48,584 nucleotides of DNA from Akkermansia muciniphila. Its GTDB lineage: Bacteria; Verrucomicrobiota; Verrucomicrobiia; Limisphaerales; UBA9464. The stretch covers positions 1 to 48,584 of the forward strand of contig CAMASJ010000002.1 of NCBI GenBank assembly GCA_945860685.1. The letters are read 5' to 3'. Positions 36,501 through 45,656 of the stretch are shown here, in pieces (positions within the stretch are counted from its first letter, which is position 1; every line of letters begins with the position of its first letter). The translations under genes were made by a program, and so were the position numbers. Below the pieces are notes generated by a model that did no database searches, was not told the DNA's origin, and was given only the letters and a program-made list of their open reading frames with translations.

Positions 36501-37190
36501 TCCTCGGTGCCGTCGCTGTTCGGGGATTTGGCCACCCGGGCAATCCGGCTTGAGATCGACACCCAGGAGTCGGTGGTGCTGCTCAACCGCGGCGACCGCT
36601 TCGAGGTCCGGCCGCTTCCGGCGGCGGCCCAGTGGTCCACCGTCCAGGGGCTCTGCGTGGCCGACTACGACGGCGACGGTCACGACGACCTCTTCCTCGC
36701 GCAGAACGACTCCACCGCGCATCCGTTCGCCGAACGCAGCGATGCCGGCCGGGGGCTTTGGCTCCGTGGGAACGGCTCGGGTGGCTTCCGGGCCGACTTC
36801 CTGAGCGGCGTGGCGGTCCATGGGGATGGCCGTGGCGCGGCCGTCGCGGACTTCGACGCGGACGGCCGGATCGATCTCGCCGTGGGACAGAACGGCGCGG
36901 CGACGACCCTCTGGCGCAATGTCGGCGGCAAACCGGGTCTGCGGGTCCGTCTGGAAGGGCCTGCCGGAAACCCCGCCGCCATCGGTGCCGCGGTCCGCGT
37001 GCTCGGCGGCGGGAAGACGGGTCCATGGCGCGAACTCCATCTCGGGGCGGGCTACCTATCGTGCGACGACCCCACGACGGTGCTGGGACGACCCGAGGAC
37101 ACGGAGGCGGTCGAGGTGCGCTGGCCCGGGGGCAAGGTCGCACGACACCCGATCCCCAAGGATGCCAACGACCTCCGATTGCGTCCCTGA
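33513..37190 (+). CDS. FG-GAP/VCBS repeat protein with two UnbV_ASPIC modules, paralog 2
   Basis: The ATG at 33513 overlaps the upstream stop (ATGA, 33513-33516). Signal peptide: MMPHRRSSLRAAVLFALLANLPAAAAA. The block order matches paralog 1 (GIGFTNV, DVDADGRPDLL, DMDGDGRPDLYVCND, NSAGIGARITV..., NPAAIGAAVRV...). Confidence 0.88.
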   Translation: MMPHRRSSLRAAVLFALLANLPAAAAATVETRPLASAGTLAPGFTRMPATAAGIGFTNVLSDERSITNRNLLSGSGVALGDVDADGRPDLLLCGADVPPALYRNLGGWTFADVSAAAFPGIDWRNPTSGSFDMTGSAFADVDGDGDVDLFLNTLGGGTRLFRNDGQGRFAESTDAAGLRSRHGATSLALADVDADGDLDLYVARFRPVTILDQPNTRYQMRQTPQGPVIVAVNGRPVTAPDLTNRFELGPGGDVAELGEADALFLNDGRGVFAEVPWTGGAFLDESGRPLTSPPGDWGLAARFQDMDGDGRPDLYVCNDLQTPDRVWMNATGPDRKPRFKALSSIALPNNPTFSMGVDFGDFNRDGHVDFFAVDMFSRNRAWRHTQMAGLAPTLRLPGQFATRAQVQRNVLQIQRGDGTWADTAWQAGVAASEWSWGPVSLDVDLDGFEDLIVPNGQRRDFQDGDATRRIADAAAAGQASTPAQVAALVRTVPSLATPNVAFRNRGDATFDDVSAAWGFTADTISQGIALGDIDGDGDLDVVMNDLSDAPGLYRNNSTAPRVRIGLRGPSPNSAGIGARITVRAAGLPAQTTEVFAGGRYLGGDAPGRTFATGTATKVDIEVRWPGGAVESLSGVAAGSAVTVVAGVPLPPALKNPEPARPTFEDVSARLGHVHVDEPFDDFARQPTLPMRLSQSGPGVTWTDLDGNGHPDLVVGAGRGGRPAAFLNDGRGGFSAMDRPPFQKPTGRDLTALLPLNGALVAGVSNFEDGLTNGGALRLYDPASGRSGEMLVGSAFGTGPLAAADVDGDGELEVFVGSRTVPGRYPESDPSLLLRNQGGRLVVAERLGSLGMATAACFTDLDGDGRPDLVVAVDWGAPRFFRNEAGRLKPWEPRFEWNRGGGLRGAWSSVTAGDFDEDGRLDVVLGNEGTNRRQVGTTASPRRLYAGHFGSGGGNDLVEAWHDPVDKVDRPEREFMMMTALFPAVRDAVTSYRAYSTSSVPSLFGDLATRAIRLEIDTQESVVLLNRGDRFEVRPLPAAAQWSTVQGLCVADYDGDGHDDLFLAQNDSTAHPFAERSDAGRGLWLRGNGSGGFRADFLSGVAVHGDGRGAAVADFDADGRIDLAVGQNGAATTLWRNVGGKPGLRVRLEGPAGNPAAIGAAVRVLGGGKTGPWRELHLGAGYLSCDDPTTVLGRPEDTEAVEVRWPGGKVARHPIPKDANDLRLRP

Positions 37191-37368
37191 GTCAGGCGCC
37201 GCGTGTAGTCGGCCTGAAAGAGCCGGGGAAATTACTTCTGGCAACGGGACGCCCGCTGCGAGACGGTCTTTATGACCCCGGTAAATAATCTAGTCTGCGG
37301 CACCGCGTCTGGTTCCATTTCACCTCCGCGGATATTGATCCCGCCGGGACAAGGGGGCCCCGCCCATC

Positions 37369-37635
37369 ATGCCCAACGCCACACTTTGCGATCATTGCGA
37401 AGCGCTCAATGCATTGGATTGCCGCAACTGCCAGCAATGCGGGCGCGATCTGTTCCGTGTGTGTCGGGCTTGTGGCGATCCGGTTGCACGGTACTACACC
37501 TTCTGTCCCCAATGCGGTCGTTCGACCGGTCGCGGCTCCGGCGATGGCGGCCAGGACCTCGTTGGCCGCCCCGAATATTCCAACAGCTTCCTCGCGAGGC
37601 TGTATCGCAAGGCGCGCAAGGTGATCACCGGCTGA
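37369..37635 (+). CDS. double zinc-ribbon domain protein
   Basis: MPNATLCDHCEALNALDCRNCQQCGRDLFRVCRACGDPVARYYTFCPQCG contains four CxxC pairs. 88 aa. Confidence 0.65.
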   Translation: MPNATLCDHCEALNALDCRNCQQCGRDLFRVCRACGDPVARYYTFCPQCGRSTGRGSGDGGQDLVGRPEYSNSFLARLYRKARKVITG

Positions 37636-37818
37636 TCACGCGAGGAATCCGCATTTCCACTCCTCGAGCGGGGAGACCGGACACCGGTGTGTAGATCCAT
37701 CCGGGGCGCTTGGAAACTCCCGATTCCTCCTGAAGTCCCGCGTGAAGGGCGGCTCGGACGGTGGAGGTGCCGTCCTGGGTGCAAATCCCGTTTCCGGATT
37801 CGAATTGTCCCACAGCCG

Positions 37819-38979
37819 GTGTATCGTCCACTCACCGTGCCTGCATCGGCTCCCATCGTCCGCCTGCTCTGCGACCTGATCGCCTTGCCGAGCGTCAATC
37901 CCGCCTTCCTCCAGGATCCGGAGCTGACCGGGGAACACCGAGTCGCTGCACACCTCGCCGACCTCGCCTCCAAGGCGGGCTTGGACGTGGAACGACAGAA
38001 CGTCGCGCCGGGCCGTGAGAACCTCGTCGTCCGCATGATCCCCGCCGGACGTCCCCGCCGGCGCCTCTTCCTCGCGCCCCATCTCGACACGGTCGGCGAA
38101 CCCGCCTTGTCCGGGCAGCTCCGTCCGCGTGTCGTCGCCGGCCGGATCCACGGCCGCGGCGCCTGCGACACCAAGGGTTCGGTGGCCGCCTACTTCCAGG
38201 CGCTCCTCGACCTCGCCGCGTCCGGCCTGCGGCCGCGGGACACCGAGATCGTCTTCATCGGCCTCGCCGACGAAGAGAACATGCAGCTCGGTTCCCGGCA
38301 TTTCGCGCGGACCGGTGGACGTGCGGACCTCGCGATCGTCGGCGAGCCGACCGGACTCGAGGTGGTCACGGCCCACAAGGGGGACGTCTGGCTGCAGCTC
38401 CGTTCCGTGGGTCGGGCGGCCCATGGCGCGACGCCACACCTCGGACGCAACGCCGTGGTCGACATGGCCCGCATCGTCCTCGCCCTCGAGGAGGACTACG
38501 CCAAGGAACTCGCCTCGCGGAAGCCGCATCCCAGGCTCGGCCGCCCCACGGTCAACGTCGGGCGCATCGCCGGCGGTCGGCAGCCCAACATCGTGCCGGC
38601 CGACTGCGTCATCGCCATCGACCGCCGCACCCTGCCGGGCGAGACCGAGGCCGGTGTCCGTCGGGAGATCACGGCCCTGCTGCGTCGGCACCGCCTGAAG
38701 GCGGGCTTCGACAACCTCCGGACCGCCCCGTGCGAACCGCTCGACACCGACCCGGAACTGCCGCTGGTCGCCGCGTTGACCCGGGCCGCGGGCCGCAGGA
38801 AGACCATCGGCGTCCACTACTTCACCGACGCCGCCCCGCTTTCCGCCGCCGGCACGCCCGCGGTGGTGTTCGGCCCCGGGGACATCGCCCAGGCCCACAC
38901 CGAGGACGAATGGGTGGAGGTGAAGTCCCTCGAGAAGGCGTCGGCCATCCTCACCCGCTTCCTGCGGGAACAGGCCTGA
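37819..38979 (+). CDS. M20-family metallopeptidase (ArgE/DapE-like deacylase)
   Basis: APHLDTVG, GRGACDTKG and GLADEEN (metal ligands), plus GGRQPNIVPA and GPGDIAQAHTEDEWV. The start is uncertain: the GTG at 37819 is preferred, and the ORF track begins at the GTG at 37687. Confidence 0.85.
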   Translation: MYRPLTVPASAPIVRLLCDLIALPSVNPAFLQDPELTGEHRVAAHLADLASKAGLDVERQNVAPGRENLVVRMIPAGRPRRRLFLAPHLDTVGEPALSGQLRPRVVAGRIHGRGACDTKGSVAAYFQALLDLAASGLRPRDTEIVFIGLADEENMQLGSRHFARTGGRADLAIVGEPTGLEVVTAHKGDVWLQLRSVGRAAHGATPHLGRNAVVDMARIVLALEEDYAKELASRKPHPRLGRPTVNVGRIAGGRQPNIVPADCVIAIDRRTLPGETEAGVRREITALLRRHRLKAGFDNLRTAPCEPLDTDPELPLVAALTRAAGRRKTIGVHYFTDAAPLSAAGTPAVVFGPGDIAQAHTEDEWVEVKSLEKASAILTRFLREQA

Positions 38980-39022
38980 GCCGGAACCGGCACGTCAGGA
39001 AAGCCCAGGATCCCCATCCGCC

Positions 39023-40243
39023 ATGCGCGTCGCGTTCCTGACCCATGAGCCCTTCCACCCGCCCAGCGGCGGCGGCTCCGCCGAGGCGCCCTACCTCGTG
39101 GAGGAGTTCGTCCGACGCGGACACGAGGTCCACCTCCTTTGTCCCGACTTCCCCGACGCCACCGCCGTCGCCCGCCGTTTCGGTGTCCGGGTCCACCCGT
39201 TCACCTCCTGGGAAATGGGACGCTACACCCGCCTGCGCAACCTCAAGTACCTCCTGTACCCGACCGCGCTGACCCGACATGCCGAACGGGTCCGCCGCGG
39301 ACTCGAACAGGCATCACCCGGCTCGGGCCGCTTCGACGTGGTCCTCGCACAGCACACGATCTCCGGCGTCGCCGCCGGCAACCTGCGCCGGCGCTGGGGC
39401 GTCCCGATCGTGCTCAACTTCCTGGACTACCTCACCGGGTTCATGGAGACGTGGCCCGCTCCGTTCACGCGGACCGGGTTCGTCTCCGCGCTGAACCGCT
39501 TCGAGATGTCGATGCCCCGAAGGCTCCGGGCGGAGGGCGTGATGACCGTCTCCACGCCGTTGGCCGAACGCTTCATCGCCACCGGCTATCCCGCGTCCAA
39601 GGTGTGTGCGATCCAGTACGGCTACGATTCCCGGCTGTTCACTCCGGCCGCGGAGGATTCCCCCGATCTCGATCCGGCGCCTTCGGTCGTGATGCATGGC
39701 TCCTTCGACCAGCATCACCTGGGACCGATCGCCCGCCAGGCGGTGCTGGGGGTGCACGCCGTGCGACCCGAGGTGCGTTTCCGGTTCGTGGGACGGGAGA
39801 CGCCGGCGCTGGCGCGCTTTGTCGCAGACGTCCGCTCGGCGGCCTCCGGCGTGCGGTTGGAGACCACGGGGTTCATCCCGTATGGCGAGGTGGCCCGGGA
39901 ACTCCGGTCGGCGACCGTCGGGATCGTGCCCTACGAGGCCTCGCAGGGGGTCCACTGCGCGTTCGTCGCGAAGGCGGTGGAATATCTCGGATGCGGCATC
40001 CCCTGTGTCAGCACGCCGCTCGAGAACCTCGGTCGCTACTTCGCCGGCGAGCCCGCCCTGCGGTTCTCCGGATGGGACGGCGCCGGCTTCTCCCGTGTGC
40101 TTCTGGAGACGCTAGAACTCCCCCGGGAGACCCGGCGCGCCTGGGGACTCGCCGCCTCCGCACGGGTGGCCCGGGAACTGGACTGGCGTTCCGTCGCCGC
40201 CCGCGCGGTGGACTTCACTGAATCCTGCGCCCGCCGTCCCTGA
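39023..40243 (+). CDS. GT-B fold glycosyltransferase (GT4-like)
   Basis: MRVAFLTHEPFHPPSGGGSAEAPYLVEEFVRRGHEVHLL is a typical GT4 N-terminus. The C-terminal half has the Rossmann-like donor-binding region (FVGRE...IVPYEAS...AVEYLGCGIPCVST). Confidence 0.75.
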   Translation: MRVAFLTHEPFHPPSGGGSAEAPYLVEEFVRRGHEVHLLCPDFPDATAVARRFGVRVHPFTSWEMGRYTRLRNLKYLLYPTALTRHAERVRRGLEQASPGSGRFDVVLAQHTISGVAAGNLRRRWGVPIVLNFLDYLTGFMETWPAPFTRTGFVSALNRFEMSMPRRLRAEGVMTVSTPLAERFIATGYPASKVCAIQYGYDSRLFTPAAEDSPDLDPAPSVVMHGSFDQHHLGPIARQAVLGVHAVRPEVRFRFVGRETPALARFVADVRSAASGVRLETTGFIPYGEVARELRSATVGIVPYEASQGVHCAFVAKAVEYLGCGIPCVSTPLENLGRYFAGEPALRFSGWDGAGFSRVLLETLELPRETRRAWGLAASARVARELDWRSVAARAVDFTESCARRP

Positions 40244-40463
40244 CCCGGTGCTCGGGAAGCCCACGGAACGGCTCAGTCAACGATTGGATGGGTGCGAGGA
40301 CCGACCTCACGCGAACACGCCAGGACTTCAACGGTGCACCGGATCCGGGACCGAATCAGCGAACACAAGCCGGCATACTGTTCCACGACGGGAGAACCTC
40401 GACTTCCTTCCCGTTCACTGCGGCTTCGCGGCCTTGCGTGCCAATCCCTCTGCATCGCTCCGA

Positions 40464-41492
40464 TCAGCGCTGGAACTCGAAGCGGACCAGTTCGTCCACC
40501 GTGATCTTCCTTGCCACCGTCGGGAGCGCGTTGAAGTCGTCCACGGCCTTCTCCCAGGTCGCCTTCCGCATCCGTCCGTGGCTGTTGCGGCCGCCCTCGC
40601 GGGTCAGCAGCGGGACCAGAGCGTCGAGCGCCTTCCGCTGGTGGATCCGGTCCGTGTCGCGGATCCCGCCGGCGAGGATGATCGACACCACGGCGTCCCG
40701 CTCGCGGGCGGCCGCCTTCCAACCGCGGGCGGACACCTCGAGGAACCGCCGCACCAGGTCGGGCCGCTCCGCCAGCATCGCCTCCTAGGTGAAATAGACC
40801 TGCGCGTACGCCGCGTAGCCGTGGTCGTGGAAGAACATCAGGTCGACGTCGTGTCCGGCCAGCCGGAGCTCGATCGCCTCGTCCACGGAGTACCCCTGCA
40901 CGGCGTCGAAGCGGCCCTCCAGCAACGGCGTGGTGTCGTAGGGCATCACCTCCACCCGCACCGAGGTCCGGTCCAGCCCGGCCGGGCGCAGCACGAAGTC
41001 GATCGCGTCGTTGCCGTCCGCATGGACCCCGATGCGGCGTCCACGCAGGTCCGAGGGCCGGCGGAGCCGGGCGGACCGGAGGCTGATGAGGCACATCGGG
41101 GAACCCTGGAGCATGGTGCCGACCACCTGGATCGGTTCCCCGCGGGCGCGGGCGGGGAGCAGGACGCCGCTCTCGGCGCAGCCGAGCCAGAGGCGGTTGG
41201 TGACGACGCTGCGGACGACCGATTCGTCGGGCGGGATGGGCCGGATGGAGAGGTCGATGCCGGCCTCCCGGTACCAGCCGCGTTCCTTCGCGAGGAGGAT
41301 GCCTGCGAACTGGGCGTTGGGCTTCCAGTCGAGCTGGAAGGTGACGGGCACCGGGACCGACGCCGGTTCGCGCTTCGATGCCGGCTGCGCACCGAGGCAA
41401 CGGAGGGAGGCGGCCAGGGCGAGCAGCAGCGACGGCAGCAGCGCGGCCGTGCGGAGGTGGAGGCGTGGGAGGTTCATGGGTTCAGTCCGCAT
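40464..41492 (-). pseudogene. ABC transporter substrate-binding protein (NMT1/THI5 - SsuA/TauA-like) interrupted by one in-frame TAG
   Basis: ORFs 40785..41492 and 40464..40778 are in the same frame and are separated only by TAG (complement of 40785-40787): ...YAAYAQVYFT*EAMLAERPDLVRRFLE... The N-terminus has a signal peptide (LLPSLLLALAASL). The SBP blocks continue across the stop. Confidence 0.7.
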
Positions 41493-42273
41493 CCACCTTC
41501 ATCGCCGACTCGTGCCAGTGGCGGAGGCAGAGCCATTCGAGTCCGGTGACGGTGAAGAAGAAGAGGCAGCCCATCACGCTGGTGGTGATGACCAGCGCGA
41601 AGAGGTAGTCGGTCTGGAGCTGGCTGTTGGCGTAGGTGATCGAGTAGCCGAGGCCGCCTTCGCCGACCGCGTTGGAGCTGGCGAACAGCTCGCCGGTGAT
41701 CGCGCCGATGACCGAGAGTCCGGCGGAGATGCGCAGCCCGACGAACAGGGACGGCAAGGCGTGGGGCAGGCGGAGTTTCAGCAGCTGGCTGGCGCGGGAG
41801 GCGTTCGCCATGGCGAAGAGGTCCACGAGGTTGCGCGGCACGCTGATCAGCCCCTGGGTCGTGTTGGCGATGATCGGGAAGACGCAGATGATGAACGCCA
41901 CCAGCATCACGCTCGAGGCACCCGACTTGAACCACATCAGGATGAGCGGCGCGACGGCCACGATGGGCACGGTCTGGAGCAGGATGGTGTAGGGAAACAG
42001 GGAGCGTCGCACCACCGGGCTCTGGGCGAAGACGAGCGCGACGAGGACGCCGACGACGATGCTCATGAGGTAGCCGCCGACGGCCTCGACGGCGGTGATG
42101 CGGAAGGCGGCGACGAGGTTCGCATGGCGTTCCACCACCGTGGCGAAGACCTGCGGCGGCGACGGCAGCACGTAGGGCGGGATCCGGAAGACGGTGCAGG
42201 CGCCCTGCCAGAGCGCGAGTACGGCCAGGAAAACGGCGGCGGGCCAGGCGGCCTCCTTCAGGAGCTTCTTCAT
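41482..42273 (-). CDS. ABC transporter permease (SsuC/TauC-type)
   Basis: Six predicted TM segments and the EAA-like loop (ANASRASQLLKLRLPHALPSLFVGLRISAGLSVIGAITGE). Confidence 0.88.
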   Translation of the reverse strand: MKKLLKEAAWPAAVFLAVLALWQGACTVFRIPPYVLPSPPQVFATVVERHANLVAAFRITAVEAVGGYLMSIVVGVLVALVFAQSPVVRRSLFPYTILLQTVPIVAVAPLILMWFKSGASSVMLVAFIICVFPIIANTTQGLISVPRNLVDLFAMANASRASQLLKLRLPHALPSLFVGLRISAGLSVIGAITGELFASSNAVGEGGLGYSITYANSQLQTDYLFALVITTSVMGCLFFFTVTGLEWLCLRHWHESAMKVDAD

Positions 42274-42292
42274 GGGATCGGTGTCCGGGGTT

Positions 42293-43078
42293 TCAATGGG
42301 CTCCCTTCACGGTGCGCAGCGCGGCGCTGACCTCGCCCACGCGCTCCAGGAACTCCGGGGCGCTCCGCAGCGCCGAGGTGCGGGGAAACGGGAACGGGAC
42401 GGCGATCTCCCGGGCGACGCGTCCGGGCTTGGCGCTCATCACCAGGATCCGCGTCGAGAGGAACACCGCCTCCGCGACGCTGTGGGTGACGAAGAAGGTC
42501 GTGAACCGGTCCACCTCGCGCAGCCGCAGCACCTCCTCGTTGAGGAAGTCCCGGGTCATCTCGTCGAGCGCGCCGAAGGGCTCGTCCATCAGCAGCAGCT
42601 TCGGACGCGTCGCCAGCGCCCGCGCGATCGAGACCCGCATCTTCATGCCGCCGCTGAGCTGCCGCGGATAGTGCCCGGCCACGTCCGAAAGCCCCACCAA
42701 CCGGAGCAGCCCCTCGCAGGCCTCGCGCCGCGCCGCGGCGGTGGTGTTGCCGGCCAGTTCCAGGCCCAGCTCGACGTTGCCCTGCACCGTCCGCCACGGC
42801 AGGAGCGTCGCGTCTTGGAAAATGAACGACATGATCTCCCGCGCCGCGACCGGCGCCATGCCGTCGATGGTCACCGTGCCCTCGCTGATCGGCGTGAGAC
42901 CGGACAGCAGCCGCAGCAACGTCGACTTGCCGCATCCGCTCGGTCCGATCAGGGAGATGAAGTCGCCCCGCGCCGCCTCGAGCCGGATGCCGTCGAGCAC
43001 CGTCACGCCGTTGGACCAGCGCTTGGCCACGTTCCCGAGCGTGATGAACGGCGGTTGTCCGGTGTCGGTGTCCTTCAT
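42293..43078 (-). CDS. ABC transporter ATP-binding protein (SsuB/TauB/NrtD-type)
   Basis: Frame trimmed to the ATG at 43078 (MKDTDTGQPPF). Walker A GPSGCGKST, signature LSGGMKMR and Walker B LLLMDEPFGALD. The ATG overlaps the upstream stop as ATGA (43075-43078). Confidence 0.92.
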   Translation of the reverse strand: MKDTDTGQPPFITLGNVAKRWSNGVTVLDGIRLEAARGDFISLIGPSGCGKSTLLRLLSGLTPISEGTVTIDGMAPVAAREIMSFIFQDATLLPWRTVQGNVELGLELAGNTTAAARREACEGLLRLVGLSDVAGHYPRQLSGGMKMRVSIARALATRPKLLLMDEPFGALDEMTRDFLNEEVLRLREVDRFTTFFVTHSVAEAVFLSTRILVMSAKPGRVAREIAVPFPFPRTSALRSAPEFLERVGEVSAALRTVKGAH

Positions 43079-44871
43079 GTTGGCCTCACGGTGGGAAGCA
43101 CGAGCGCCGACGGATGGCCCGCGTCGTGGACGACCTGCTGCTGGTTCTGGAGCCAGTCCCACGAGGTCGCCTGATGCGGAGGGACGTCGGAGCCGGGATT
43201 GCGGTCGTAGAGCGGGAACGCGCTGCCGGCGACGACGAGCCGGATACGGTCCCCCGACCCGAACACGCAGTCCGTCGGCTCCAGCGGGAAGGCCCATTCC
43301 ATCACCGTGTCCGCCTGGAATCCGCCCGCCTTCCCACCGAACAGCCGGCCGCTGCGCGCGATGCCGTGGGTCACGTTCTCGGAACGTCCGTCCGGCCTCA
43401 CCCGGACCAGCTTCGCGAAGAGGTCCGCGTGGGCCCGGAGACTGGTGGCGAAGAGCCGTACGCGTGGGCATCCCCGCACGTGTACCGGCCGTTCGAGCAC
43501 CGGTCCGGTGTACACGACCACGTTGTTCATCGCATCGGCCCGGGTCTGGTTGAAGCAGCCCGACGCACCGCCCGGACCCGGTCCGCCGACCGGCACCTCG
43601 GGCTCGTACACGAACTGGTCGCGAGTTGCGCCGTCCGGCGACGGCGTTTCGGCCAGCACCCCGTCTCCACGGGTGGAGTTCGCGCGTCCGCCGGATCCGA
43701 GGAACAGCGTCGTCTCCGTGCCGCCGTCGCCGTCGAACGGCCAGCGGTCGGCCGTCTCCCAGCGGTTGGCCCCGAGCACGAAGGACCGCACCCGCGGCTC
43801 GGCCGCGAAGTCACCCGAGCCCTTCAGCCAGTGGTTGAACCAACGGAGCAGGATCGCGTCCGTGTCCAGCTCCGCGGCCGGCCCGTGGTCGGCCTCGCCG
43901 GCATGGCGTCCCCAGGGGATGTGCGTCCACGGACCCGCGATCAGGTATTGGCTTCCGCGCACCGCCGGATCCGCCCCTTCGCAAAGCGCGCGGTAGAGCA
44001 GTTCGCTGCCGTGCAGGTATGTGTCGAACCAGCCCCAGACGTGCAGCGCCGGCACCCGGATGCTGGCCTCGCGTCCGGAGATGTCCTGCCGCCTCCAGAA
44101 CGGACCCGGTTCGCGGTGCTCCATCCAGTCGCGGGCGTATCGGGGAAGTCCGCGGGCCGTGAGGACCGGCGCGCCGCCGTAGGGTGTGGACGCGTACAAC
44201 GCCCCGAGGTTCGTCCACGCGGACTCGAGTGCGTCGCTGGCCTTGCGCAGCCGCAGGCGTCGGGCGTCCGCCTTCAGCATCTGCGCGGCCCATCCCATCC
44301 CCGAGGCGAGCCGGAAGGCGCCATGGTGGTAGAACCAGCCGTTGTGGAGGTCTCCCGCGGTCTGCGCCGGCGTGATGCACCGCAACGCCTCGGGCTGTTC
44401 CGCGGCCGCCAGCAACTGGGTCATCCCCTGGTAGCTGAACCCGTACATGCCCACGCGCCCGTCGCACTCCGGACGCCCCGCAAGCCAGTCGATCGTGGCC
44501 GCGCCGTCGCCGCCCTCGTGCACGAACGGGACGAAATGGCCTGTGCTGTCGCCGCGGCCCCGGACGTCCTGGATCACGACGTTGTAGCCCCGCGCCGCGA
44601 ACCAGTTGGGTTGTGCGTACACCACGGTCGTCGCGACGGCGCGTCCGTAGGGCTGCCGCACGAGCAGGGTCGGCAGCGGTCCAGCAACAGCGGGTCGGTA
44701 GTGGTCGGAGACCAGCTCGGTGGCGTCGGGCAGGCGCAGGCGGACGCCGCGTTCCACCGTCACGCCGTCGCCGAGGTCCACGCGCACCCCGGAAGAGGAA
44801 TGCGGACGGCGGCGGACCGCCGTCGTCCGGGACCGCCGCCGGTCAGCGTTCGAGGATCTCGCGGAAGGCAT
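43075..44871 (-). CDS. CocE/NonD family hydrolase (S15 X-Pro dipeptidyl-peptidase fold)
   Basis: LLVRQPYGR, ARGYNVVIQDVRGRGDSTG, GMYGFSYQG (nucleophile elbow GxSYxG) and the C-terminal jelly-roll region. The start may be the GTG at 44787 rather than the ATG at 44871, which would overlap the creatininase gene by 29 nt. Confidence 0.85.
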   Translation of the reverse strand: MPSARSSNADRRRSRTTAVRRRPHSSSGVRVDLGDGVTVERGVRLRLPDATELVSDHYRPAVAGPLPTLLVRQPYGRAVATTVVYAQPNWFAARGYNVVIQDVRGRGDSTGHFVPFVHEGGDGAATIDWLAGRPECDGRVGMYGFSYQGMTQLLAAAEQPEALRCITPAQTAGDLHNGWFYHHGAFRLASGMGWAAQMLKADARRLRLRKASDALESAWTNLGALYASTPYGGAPVLTARGLPRYARDWMEHREPGPFWRRQDISGREASIRVPALHVWGWFDTYLHGSELLYRALCEGADPAVRGSQYLIAGPWTHIPWGRHAGEADHGPAAELDTDAILLRWFNHWLKGSGDFAAEPRVRSFVLGANRWETADRWPFDGDGGTETTLFLGSGGRANSTRGDGVLAETPSPDGATRDQFVYEPEVPVGGPGPGGASGCFNQTRADAMNNVVVYTGPVLERPVHVRGCPRVRLFATSLRAHADLFAKLVRVRPDGRSENVTHGIARSGRLFGGKAGGFQADTVMEWAFPLEPTDCVFGSGDRIRLVVAGSAFPLYDRNPGSDVPPHQATSWDWLQNQQQVVHDAGHPSALVLPTVRPT

Positions 44872-45631
44872 ACATCTCCTGCAGCGCCGCGGCGACGCGG
44901 GAGCTCATCTCGTCGCACCACCGTTCGCCCTTCTCCGCGGAGGACGGCGTGGGGTCGCCCATCACGCCGCTCGGCGCGATGTCCCGGGTGAGCCAGGAGA
45001 AGGTGGCCGAGGCGAACTCCGGCTTGAGCACGCCCGGGTCGCCGAGACGGGCGATGTAGTTCACGGTGTACCGGTCCGTGTGGACCAGCTCGGGCGTGGC
45101 GTGGAGCAGCAGCGACGTCTCGACCTCGCCGGCATGGAAGCCATACGCGGCCTCCTGCGGGTCGAGTCCGCTCGCCGCGCCTCCTCCGAAGAGGCAGAAC
45201 GTCCGCATCCCGAACTCGTCCCGGAGGTCCCGCGCCATCACGTCGAGCAGGGAATGGTTCCCGCCGTGGCTGTTGAAGAAGACCAGCCGCTTGAAGCCCG
45301 CCGCCACGAGGCTGCGCGCGAGGTCCCTCAGCACCGCGGCGAAGGTGTCCCGCCCCACGCTCAGCGTCCCCGGGAAGCCCACGTGCTCGTTGCTCTTGCC
45401 GTAGCACACGGGCGCCAAGGCGTAGATCGGCAGGTCCGCCGGCACCTTCCTCAACGCATGTCCCAGGAGCAGGTTGTTGAGCAGCGTGTCGGTCGCGAGC
45501 GGCAGGTGGTGGCCGTGCTGCTCGATCGCCGCCGTCGGCAGCACCAGCAGCGTGCGGTCCCGCGGCAGGGCGTCCACCTGCTTCCAGGTCAGGTAGGGGA
45601 GGAATCGTTCCGGCGGGATCCAGGTCTTCAC
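44843..45631 (-). CDS. creatininase-family amidohydrolase
   Basis: LLVLPTAAIEQHGHHLPLATD, NEHVGFPGTLS, VFFNSHGGN and GFHAGEVETS are the creatininase/ArfB/MftE family metal-site blocks. GTG start. Confidence 0.85.
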   Translation of the reverse strand: MKTWIPPERFLPYLTWKQVDALPRDRTLLVLPTAAIEQHGHHLPLATDTLLNNLLLGHALRKVPADLPIYALAPVCYGKSNEHVGFPGTLSVGRDTFAAVLRDLARSLVAAGFKRLVFFNSHGGNHSLLDVMARDLRDEFGMRTFCLFGGGAASGLDPQEAAYGFHAGEVETSLLLHATPELVHTDRYTVNYIARLGDPGVLKPEFASATFSWLTRDIAPSGVMGDPTPSSAEKGERWCDEMSSRVAAALQEMYAFREILER

Positions 45632-45656
45632 GGGTTCGTGGGTCGGTTCGGGTTCG

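Noticed and set aside
40248-41549. 433-aa plus-strand ORF opposite the ABC binding-protein gene.
   Set aside because: It is antisense to recognisable SsuA/NMT1-type sequence and is a low-complexity translation.
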